Assembly (NCBI GenBank): GCA_030265395.1
Contig: JARFYF010000068.1
Coordinates: forward strand, 11,309,337 to 11,373,336
Length of the DNA: 64,000 nt
DNA from: Rhina ancylostomus
Taxonomy: Eukaryota
Direction of reading: 5' to 3'
Part shown: positions 53,476 through 64,000 of the stretch, one piece after another
How the letters are laid out: each line of letters begins with the position of its first letter
Position numbering within the stretch: position 1 is the stretch's first letter
Position numbers and translations under genes: made by a program
Notes under the pieces: model-generated
Told to the model about the DNA's origin: nothing
Databases searched by the model: none
The model's input: only the letters and a program-made list of their open reading frames with translations

Positions 53476-53545
53476 ATGAAAATGTCTGTTATCCTGCAAA
53501 CGGAAGCTATTTACTATCCTATTCTTGGAGCCATTGGGATTCCAG
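53476..53545 (+). CDS. GPR139/142-like class A GPCR gene 6 (subtype A), exon 1
   Basis: MKMSVILQTEAIYYPILGAIGIP+G, donor gtaaga. Confidence 0.9.
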
Positions 53546-56013
53546 GTAAGACAGTCATCGAACGGTTTTGCAGATATATGTTGACGTGTTTGATTCTCGA
53601 TGTGAACAGACAACAACAATGATATCTGGGGATAAACGTGTTTTAGGATCCCATCATAGTATTAACGCAAACACCTTACTGAAGTAAAAGTAGTCTGACT
53701 GCTCGTCATCAGTAATGCAAACGATTGTCAACAATGTGCTTGGGTCATTTGCGTACTGTATTGAGCTGTGAAACTGCTAATGTTTAAATATATAGAATAA
53801 GGGTAGATAATAATTTGCACTTTAGTTATGTCCACCGAGCAGAAATAAGCATCCCGTTCGGCTTCAAGACAACAGTCTGCCACAGGAATAGCGGATTGCA
53901 TGCTTCAACTATAGGATCTTCGTGAAAATGTTGCATTTCATGCATTTCAGCTTCGATGCCATGGAGTAGTTTCTGCCCAGCGTCACTGAACAGATGGAAA
54001 GTAAATGCACCGTATATTTCGCACGTTGTTGCTCAAGGTCGGTGTTTAATGCTAATTTCAAATTCGGAGTCATGGCAGAAACTGAACGGCTGCAAAAACA
54101 TAGTGATGGATTTTCTTCACTACTTCTTCAGGAGAAGATGCTGGTCGTGCAGAACCTTCCGTAGAGAATTGTATTCAATGTTGATCTTCAAATAGAATGA
54201 AGAAAGTAATTGCCATAGACAGAATTCCGTGACGATTCACAGATTTGATTCCTGAGTTGGCGGTTTGCCTGATGGGGAGACAGTAACTAAAGTGAGATCT
54301 ATTTTAGAGATGGAAAGATAAGCAATGTTATCGCTGAAAGAAATAATTTGCGAACAAACCGATCAGTAACAAAAAATGTTTCAATTACGTGAACAACTTT
54401 AGAAAAACTGGCCATCGAAAGAATGAGGAAGTTATTTCAGACTCAGTTGCGGAGAAATTTCTTCGTCCAGAGTTTGGTGAACCTTTGAAATGCTCGATTT
54501 CAGAGCACGATCAAAGCTCAATTAACTCTTTTATAACGCTTTCTGACAGGTTTCAGAGCACAATTAAGAAGTATGAGACACGAGGATAACGCGAAGAAAA
54601 TGTTACTGAGATTTCAGATCGCCAGGATCTTACTGAACGGAGGATATTTTTGTTACCTACTGTTATGCTCTGAAAAATTGTGTGCAAATTCTGTGTTCAG
54701 CTGTACTAAGTATGCACGCGTTCAACTACGATCGACTTTTTTTTTCCCTCAGCAGTCGTTTTATTTAATCACGTAAAAGGAGTTGGCAGTTAAGTCGTCT
54801 TGAACTCCTGTTTTACCATGAACATGAGACCAAACATGGTGCTCATCACCTCAGCGCTTATTCAGTAGATGTGGAATTAGCCTCTTTACCGATTTAATTA
54901 TGTTTTACATTTCAATGCTTTAATATTTTATTGAAACTTTAAATTTCGATTAAATTCGATCGACTTCAAGCTAACGTTAATGTTGTATACGGAAACATTT
55001 CCAGGAGAGATGTAGTAAGAGTTATTCCAAAGAATAATTAATGACCCAAAATGCAATTTTAATTCGTTGTCAGAAACTGTAGAAAATTCTTAGATTATAA
55101 AATATTTCAAAATTTGTTAATTCAAGCTGAACTTACCAAATATTGTATTTCAAAGCTTTACAAACACTACTGATAGAAATCAGATTTGTTTTATAATTCT
55201 GATAGGATTTCTTATCAAATAACTCTCCATAAACCGGTGAAATTGTAACGTAGGATTTATATGTCGCCTATACATATCCAGAAAAAAATCAAGGATAAAT
55301 ATCGCGACGGAATTCAAGGAAGGTTACTCACGTAACCTTAAATTTTCTCTGTGTTTTGAGTTACTTCTGTTGAATGTTTGTCTGTACGCAACCGAACCAC
55401 ACGGGAGATAGTTGAACAAATGTTTAATGCATTGTGTATGGACCAGCTGAGTAACCATCAATTTGTGGACTCGAACTGAGGGTACTCACCAGCCATATTA
55501 GCCATCTCCAGAAGTGAAAACAACAATACGTTACAAATCCTCTCATTGCATTCAAACCCGCAGAAGAGATAACAGAAGAAGAGCAGCATTTCCAATATGA
55601 AGTTTGGTTAAACAGTGGAGCACAGATGCGATGAATATTTCTTCATTTAATTAAATTACAACGCCCCTGAGATAAAATGAATAGAACTGTAAGCTTGGTT
55701 AATGTGATGGTGAGTAGCGAACTGTAGGTAAAATGAAGCACACATTCGCAAGATTGAATAAGAGCAACATATGGATCTGTCGAGATGCAAATACTTAATA
55801 TTTTTCCACAGTATTTTGTCTGACAAAACCGTACTGCGTGCAGGCGTAAAATACGAATGTCAGGGATGTTTTCGGAACCATTATTTTATATTTTTTAAGT
55901 TGCTTTAAAAGCCCTGAAGGAATAAAAATGGGGATAAAATTTTGACAAAGGAACGCCCTATTTTTTTCCTATTGAGCCTTGTTTCTAAAATAATTTGTTT
56001 TCGTTGTTTGCAG

Positions 56014-56879
56014 CTAATTTGGTGGCAATCGTCATCCTGTCCTCTGGAAAATGCGGTCTCTCCAGATGCATCATCAAATATCTAGTATCGATGGCAGTTG
56101 CTGACCTCATGGTTTTGATAATTAATGTAATGGTGAATGAACTGAAAGAGTCGTGTTTTCCGTATTCATTCCTGAACTACACGTCTATTTGCAGTCTCAT
56201 TGTTCTATTGATGTATATTTCTCTTGACTGCTCTGTCTGGTTAACTGTCGCTTTCACATTTGATCGATTTGTTGCGATTTCTTGCCAGTCGTTACGGGCA
56301 AAATATTGCACGCCTAAGATATCATCGAAGGTTATAGCAATGGTCTTCTTTTTAAGCATCTTGGAAAATATTCCAATTTACTTTATATTTGAACCTCGAG
56401 ATATAATTAACCAGATGCCATGGTCCTGTTACGTAAAAGAAAGCTTCTACACCTCACCCGCTTGGATCGTGTACTTATGGCTCGAAACAGCTTTAACCCC
56501 TTTTGCACCATATGTGTTGATTCTTCTGCTTAATTCCTTGACCATAAAGGATATTATATTGTCCAACAGAGTCAGGAGCAAATTACGAGGAAACAACAAA
56601 GAGAGTTTCCAGAATGATCAAGAGACTGACAACAGAAGGAAATCAATCATTTTGCTCATTGCAATATCTGGCAATTTTATTCTCTTATGGATGGTAAATC
56701 TCGTGTGCTATATCTGTGTGCAGTTCACTGACTCTCAGTTTTGGGACTCAGATGCCAACGATGCTTTCACCATTGCGGAGAAATGTGGGTATATGCTAAG
56801 GTGTTTGAGCACTTGTACAAACACTTTCATTTATGCAATATCTCAGAAAAACCAGAGAGGAAATGAAGAATATGATTAA
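56014..56879 (+). CDS. GPR139/142-like class A GPCR gene 6, exon 2 (311 aa spliced; 7TM intact, C-tail frameshifted; possibly an incipient pseudogene)
   Basis: Acceptor gtttgcag at 56013. Closely paralogous to gene 4 through NTFIYAISQKN. A 2-nt deletion (~56852) then gives QRGNEEYD*. The ancestral stop (KCCIFL*) is still visible at 56927-56929. Confidence 0.85.
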
Positions 56880-57244
56880 GCGTCTCATTTTTCCTACGTA
56901 ATTTATGCAAGTGCTGTATTTTTCTTTAGCATTTAAAGAACTGTATCGAAACTAAATGAACTAACTCATGTGAATTGATCGCAGAAAAATCCCTAAAAAT
57001 AACATATTGTGGCATCGAGTCCCTTTCTAACATTTCTCGGTATCTATCATTATTTTCAGTTATAATCAAGTAATAGTGAAGAGACGCGCATTATTTTCAG
57101 ATATGAAATAAATTAATTGAAACAAGTGCATTTGTTTCATTCAACTAACGTAAACACCACAATGTGAGAAAATGCTGACATCCACAGGATAGCATGCTTT
57201 TTTGAATGGAATAATATTCCGTAGAATATTTTACATTTGACATA

Positions 57245-60200
57245 GACTACTTCACTGGAGCAGGCCATTCGACCAGACTACTTGTGCCCACCATTAGTTC
57301 CAAACTAATCCACGTGGATTATATTACCTGCACATGATCCATATCCTTCCATTCACTGTATGTTTATATACTTGTCTAAATTACTCAAACGTTGTTATTA
57401 TAACTGTTTCCACCACTTCCTAAGAGGTCCAATTCCAGGCACTGATCACTGTATGCTTGAAAAAAATCCCCTAAATTTCTTTTAAACGACCCCCCCATGC
57501 CATATTAAATCTATTCACTCTGGTCTTTTCGATTTCCCTCCCGGAGGAAAAATCATTGACAATTTACCCTGTCTATGCGTCTCATAATGTTGCAAACATC
57601 TATGAAATCGCTCTTCAGCCTCTAATGCTCTAAAGAAAACAAACCATATTTGTCCATCCTCTCCTTTTAACTTATTTACTGTCGTCCAAGCAAAATCCTA
57701 GTGGATATATTCTGGCTCCTCTCGAAAGCCTCCGCATCTTCTTAAAAATACAAAGAGCAGAACCGCACACAACATTCCAAATGTGGCCTAAATAAAGTTC
57801 TGTACAGCTGCAGCATGACTTCCTGAATTCTACACTGAACGCACCGAAGGAATATTACAAATCGACTTTACTCCTTCTTTGCCGCCCTTTCTACTTGTTT
57901 TGCCAGTTTCATAAAGCTGTGGATTTTCTTCACAGCATCCCTCTGTATTTTGGTGCTGCACAGTGTCCTGCTATTTGCTGTGTGCCTCCATCGTGGATTT
58001 GTTCTTGCAAAGTGTAACAACACGCATTTGTCCGGATTGAACTCATATGTCATTTCTCTGACAAGATGTCCAACATAAATATTGTGTTGCATCGTTTTGA
58101 CATTATTCCTCAATATCCACAAAATCGCCATTTTTTTTGTCATCTGCAAATTACTCATCATCCAACCTACACATCCTCTCAAGGCATACATGTATATCAC
58201 CTGCAAAATAATTCCTGGTATTAATCAAACGAAATGCTAGATGAGCCCCGCAGATCAGGCAGTATCAATGGAGGGAAATGTACAGCGGACCTTTTGTGCC
58301 GAGACCCTTGATCAGCCCGAATGAATGGATGAATGGTCTCTGCCCGAAATATCTACTGTCTGACTTGCTCAGTTCCATAGATGAACATTCATAGATGCTG
58401 CTTGACCTGCCGTGTTCCTTCAGCATCTTCTGGATGATTTCAACATCTGCAGTGTTCCTTCTGTCCCAGCAATTATCCTTGGGAAACACCACTGGCAACA
58501 ACAGTTACAATAACGCCGTTGCGCCACTACCCCCCGCCTTCTGTGGACAATCCAATTTTGAATTCAATCCACTAAGTGATCAGGGATCCCGTCTGTGTTA
58601 ATCTTCTGGAAATGCATAACATGAAGTACATTGTCGAAAGCTTCAGTAATGTCCACAACAACCATTTCCGTACACTAATCAGTCATCTTCGCCGTCTCCA
58701 TACAAAACCCAATAAAGTTTGGAAGGTTTTAACTGCCTCGCAGAGACTCATGCTGACTATCACTGTTAGGTCTATGCTTTTCCAGATGCGAACAGATCAT
58801 AAGTCTGAGGTTGCCATGTGCTCTGCCAACCTTCCGACCAGTCTCCCAATGGGGTTCATTGTTAAAAGTCTTACAAAAGTCGCCTTCAATTCTGCCTTAA
58901 CCAATATTCCCAGCTCGCTCCTCAAAATCCACAACCAAATTAATCACGAGATTTCCTTCACACAAAACCATTTTGTCTATCCATCATCAGCAGCTCCTTT
59001 TCCAAATGCTCCTAAGACCTGTGGCACTGAATTTATTGCAGTGATTGTGGTTCTGATAATGTAAGGACCGCAGGTCTATAGTTACTTGACTGATCCCTGT
59101 TGCTATTCTTAAAGAAAGGATTCACTATCATTCGCTATCCTACAGTCTTTGTGATCTCAGCACTGACTACCAAAAATACAAAAATAACCATTAAAGCCTC
59201 TATTGCTTCCCATGACACGCTGCAGGAGATCTCATTCTCCACGATCAATCTTTTTGTTTTATCAAGCATAATGCACTCATTAAAACAGCTCCCCTTCCCT
59301 TATACTGATAGATTACATGCTACCTTGATTTCTCTCCCTGAAATCACCATTTTCCACGTCCTTATCCTTGGTCAATTCAGATGAGAATGAATCCTGGCTC
59401 ACATCCCGCGGCTACAAACATTGATTACTCCTTTGATCCCGAAGTGTCCCCAAACTTACCGTCGCTACATTCTTACTCCAGATATACTTAAATTATGTCT
59501 GTTTGTTCTCTTTATTCTTACCTGCCAAATGTATTTCATGGCCTTTTTTTGTCCTGCGGAATGTCTATCTTAACTTGTATCATTGTGTTATTCTTTATGA
59601 GATTCATTCAATTCCAATTGCTCACACCTGTTATATGCTTACTTCTTTTCCCCAATCATACGTTTGACATATTTTCTTATTCTTGGTTTCGTAATCATAC
59701 CAAGCTCCGCCTTGCATCATTATCGGACATTACTGAACGTAAGCTCTTCATACCACTCTTCCAAAAGGCCCCAGTTATTGATATTGTTTTCGCCGCAAGC
59801 GTATGCTTTGAAACTTCTTTAGCCAGGTTGCCGCTTATTGTATTAAATTAAGCTTTCCGAAATCATTGGACCAGAATCTGAGGACTAAACTTTACATTTG
59901 CTTAATTGTGGACTCTATTCTCACAGTGTCCCCTACAGATACCTAGACAATCACACAATCGACTCAGTTTTATTTCTTCAGATGAGGTCCAGTAGTGCCC
60001 CGTCTCTACAGATTAGCTCTTGGACGCACTTTTAAATAAAGTCCCATCAATGCAGGCTCCACACACGAAGGCAAACCCTGTCAATATTGGGAAGTATAAT
60101 GCCAACTGCCGTGATGCTGTTTTGACTCTATTTCCCTTACACCTTCCGGCTGGCCATTGGGACCTAGAGCATAACACCAGCAAAGTCATATCACTTCATT

Positions 60201-60330
60201 TATTCTTAATTTCTCCGTGTATGGCTGCATTCGACGATTCCGCCAGAGTATATTCTCTAACTGAACCTCTGATTTCCATATAACGAGAGATTTCCTGCAC
60301 ACGAGCGTTCCCAAAACGACGATTTTAGTT
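57245..60330 (-). mobile_element. Decayed CR1-like LINE tract
   Basis: ORF 57868-58206 (SNLQMTKK...YEFNPDKCVLLHFARTN..IHSFMKLAKQVERAAKK) resembles CR1 RT. Duplicate of 31740-35930. Confidence 0.7.
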
Positions 60331-63264
60331 CATAGGGTTGGGGTACAACCATCATTCACAATAAGCTTTCAGCAGGCGGCTGTACATGTTTGTGAATAAG
60401 AACTTGTTTGGGGTCTTAACGTTGAAGAATAAACGGGCAGACTGTGTTGGACACGTGGATGGGCATAATGAAAATAAACCACTGAGCCAAGGGACACTAT
60501 AAATATTCCAGGAAGCGGAGTGCACAATGCTATCACTGGAACAAGAGGTATAGAACTGGAAGCAGCAAAAATACAACAGTGTCAAGCAGAACAAAAAAAA
60601 ATACTCTGCGACAAGCAATGGCTAAAATTGTTGTTCTTCAATGAAGTCTAGTGTACATCTTTGAGACAGGGTACAGCAACCTTTCGGAAGGCAATGCGTC
60701 GAAAGACTGTGGAGGGCATTCAACCTGACAAGTTGACACCACTTACTCTCTGAGAGACAATAGTCTGAGAGTTAATAGTGAAGGAGAAATCCAGGTGAAA
60801 TCTTGATTACGTGACAAAGAACAGCTTCTAAAATGTTGCACCAAAGCGATATACACAAAGCGATCCATTTTGCACGTTCGATTGTCAGAACAGGGGACAG
60901 TACATATTGTTGAATGTGGGGATAGGCGTTGCATGACCTTATGAAAGCTTTTGTTTTGCTCTGGCCACCCTGAAGATAGATAAGATTGAAACCCTGAGCA
61001 TGTGATATGACAGATGCATGTTGGAATTGTTGAGAACAAAACATACATCGAAGAATTGCGGATGGAGTTCGGAATGTCTATTCATGCGTAACGCACAGCG
61101 ACCAAACCATTGATGGTTTGCATTTCCCTAACAGGGAAAGGGAAAATGATTCTGAGGGATGGAAATAGACAATGTGAGGAATATGAGGGAAAACGGACAG
61201 CTTTCGCCCGCCCGAAATGTTGACTCTTTCCCACAGATGTTGCTTGACCTACTGATTTGCTCCGGCCCTTTCTGCTGTTTTTTTGGGGTTTCCAGCATCT
61301 GGACTATAGTTTTTTTTTCCAGTTTTCCTTCTCCTACCGGACTTAAGGTAAGCTGTGCATAGGTTAAGCAACTGCGTTTTTCTTACAGTCAGGAGGAATG
61401 GCCAATTATAATTTAATTGCAACAACTACGTTTCAGAAATTTTCTGATTCAGTTATTCATAATCACGAAAGAAATGTGTCCAATTGACTTCACCGTCTAT
61501 GATTCTGGGATAACTTACCTTCCAACAGACTATAATTATGAATTTAGTTCATCGTGCTGTAAAGTCGAAATAACTCAAGTGCATGGAAAAGATGTCCAGG
61601 AGAAATGTTATACTAAAAATATGAGCAAACTTTCGGAAAATCTCTTAAAATTAGCGTATTCTTAAATCGACATGACATTTATTTTTGCAAAGAAGCAAAG
61701 AATAAAATGTTAATACTTCCGATTCAACCTCTAAAATCGTACGAGCCATTCTTTGTTGTGCATGGTTTTTAAGATAAGTAAAGTTGAAGTGATCAAATAT
61801 CTTCAGGGACCACAAGTTATACACTAAAGTTGATCCAAATGGAAGACGCTTCATGGCTTTCGTTTTCGCAGTGATAGTTAATGTTGATATAAAATGAAGT
61901 CAGCAGCAACTATCCAGAACCCTGATAGATATCTTTTGCAAATTATGCCGGCAGAGGATTTATTCTTATCAATACAAGGTCTACAACGAGTATCGTTGGA
62001 TTGCATATCATTGACCTCTGACCAATGCGAAAGCTTAAGATCGCTTCTATGCATCGACAAAAAAAGTCGAGAAAAGCACATAAAATATGAAATTAGGAAA
62101 ATAATCATGCCAGACAGCCCATCGAGACTGCTCCACCATTCAGGATGGCTTTTGCTACATTGCGTTTTGTCTCATATCTTCGTATGTGCCTTGATTTTTC
62201 AAAAAAATAGACTTCCCCATTAAATATCCAGAATGATTTAGCCTACATAACTCTCCAGAGTAGAGGTTCCCTGTCCTCTACGAGAAGAAACTACGAAGCA
62301 TGTCTGATTTATTTGACGGATCCTAATCTTGTAACAAAGTTTCCCAAATCCAGATTCGTCCAGATGTCGAAAATTCTCGACAACAAACTTGCTCTTCCAA
62401 CTGAAGTACTCATGTTTCAAAAAGATAGCCCCATTCTTATGAACGGTAAAGAATACAGACCTATATGTTTTGCCTCATGTGACAGGAGAATCCTCTCATC
62501 CCAATACTTAGCCTGATCGCCTTATTTAGTCTGACAACAGAAAACAACAACTGTTGACAAATATGAACTGCAGCACGGCTGGCTTTTTGCTCGGCAACAT
62601 ATCATATAGTAACTTCACAAGGATACGACCTATTCTAGACTCATGACACAATAAAAAGTTCGGCCAGACAGGGGAAAATCCTCATGTTATTTCAACACTT
62701 TAGATTTTTTTTTAAAAGTAATCACTCGCACCTGTAAATGGTGTCTGTACGCTGCGATGCAAAGCTGCGCATGTGCCTTCTGTACCGTTTCCTGCTTGTT
62801 ATGTTCAAAAACTTCTATTTGAAATGGCAAGGCGATACATCGTCTATGAATCTGTAGATTTTTTTGTTCTCAAATAGATTGTCTTACATTATATTTCCAT
62901 AAATCCTCCACTCTTAAGAACAACCATCAAACTTCATTTGTTGTTTGATTACCACACTCACGGCAAAACAAATGAACAATTCTTCTGCAACTGCATTGCA
63001 TCATCCTTCACTGGACAAGCCTTTACTTCTCACAAATAGATTAAAACAACGTATTAACGTGTTAAATTCTGTACATGCAAGGGAATGAAGATTCGTATTT
63101 TGCGGAACTGTCCAGTGGAATGCTATTTCAGGAACAATAGTTGCAAATTAAGTGAAACCTTGTAAATAAATGCATACTTAAAGTTACACAACATTCTGAC
63201 TTATGCCAAATTTATTAAGAAATCTATATGGAAAAGTACGGTTTGAAGGGAAGATAAAACACAC

Positions 63265-63444
63265 ATGAGAGGAAGTAAATAAAATTAAGCATCGTTGTTT
63301 TGATCAAACAATTCAAAAACTCCAATTATCGTGGAGTGTTCATGTCACCTTCGGGACTTCTGGCAGATATAAAGAGGACTTAATTTGAAAGCAAGAGATC
63401 TGCGCATCTGCCGAACTAACCCGAAGCAGACCTATTCATTGATT
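63265..63444 (+). promoter_or_regulatory. Putative promoter of gene 7
   Basis: GAGAGGAAGT, GTGTTCATGTCACCTTCGGGACTTCTGG and TATAAA at 63368, 77 bp before the ATG. Confidence 0.6.
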
Positions 63445-63505
63445 ATGGTACAGCCAGTGATTCTACAGATCGAAAGTATTTACTATCCGATTCTTGGCGT
63501 CCCTG
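63445..63505 (+). CDS. GPR139/142-like GPCR gene 7 (subtype B), exon 1; the rest lies beyond the window
   Basis: MVQPVILQIESIYYPILGVP+G, donor gtaagt. Paralogue of gene 5 exon 1 with a 9-nt in-frame deletion. Confidence 0.85.
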
Positions 63506-64000
63506 GTAAGTCCTTACTCAAAAGACGGAATAGATGTATTTTTTGTATGTTTTGTATGTTTAATTTCAAGACGTTATGAACTGGAATCAAATGGGAATGA
63601 AACGTTTTAAGTGTTTTTTATCAACTTGTTCAAGTAAATATTGTGTTGGCTACTGACATTGCTTCTCAATTGATGCCAGTTATATTACAATGTGGCGAGA
63701 ATATGTACCTCAGAAAATGCTTCAATAGCGTGTTGGAAACCACTCTGAACGTTCTATTTGATACCTCCCTTTAGATACATTTCCATTCAGTACAGAGCAA
63801 GAGGCATATTCCGTGGTCAAAAGATTGAATCGACCTTAACTGTTAAAGTCATAATAAGTGTACTGATTGTATTCTATTTCGACTGTACCCAAAAATTCAG
63901 CTGAATTATTTGGCAGTACCATGCACAAGCAAAGAGAACTAATGGCCACTGCGCAATCCAATGGTATCCTGGTTCCGACATCCTCCGTTAGATGCAAGAC

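Larger units (their letters stand above)
51465..64000 (+). repeat. Segmental (tandem) duplicate of ~22440-38760
   Basis: Collinear similarity through the upstream region (25875 vs 51900), promoter, both exons, intron, downstream LINE debris and the next gene's promoter and exon 1 (38242 vs 63445). Confidence 0.92.

Overview
Eukaryotic (vertebrate) genomic DNA from a draft assembly with about ten N-gaps. The repeat content and gene family suggest a cartilaginous fish (shark or ray); this is inference. The window is a head-to-tail tandem array of seven class A (rhodopsin-like) GPCR genes resembling the GPR139/GPR142 orphan-receptor group, all on the + strand. They share a two-exon design: a 61-70 nt coding exon (e.g. 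MGEPVILQIESIYYPILAIIGIP), a phase-1 GT-AG intron of about 2.5-3.5 kb, and one long exon encoding TM1-TM7. Genes 1-3 are pseudogenes. Genes 4 (329 aa) and 5 (324 aa) are intact, gene 6 has a frameshifted C-tail, and gene 7 runs off the window end. Genes 4+5 and 6+7 form a duplicated two-gene cassette about 25-26 kb apart. The paralogues share a compact promoter with a TATA box 77-79 bp upstream of the ATG, plus homeodomain-like, EBF-like and ETS-like motifs. Intergenic DNA is transposon debris: seven copies of a ~406-bp TGTCA...TGACA solo-LTR-like element, a GC-rich solo LTR, a decayed Gmr1-like Gypsy element, CR1, Rex1/Babar and Penelope fragments, a SINE, microsatellites and a ~650-bp fold-back palindrome. 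The best candidate for an undescribed system is this birth-and-death receptor repertoire, possibly chemosensory or immune.
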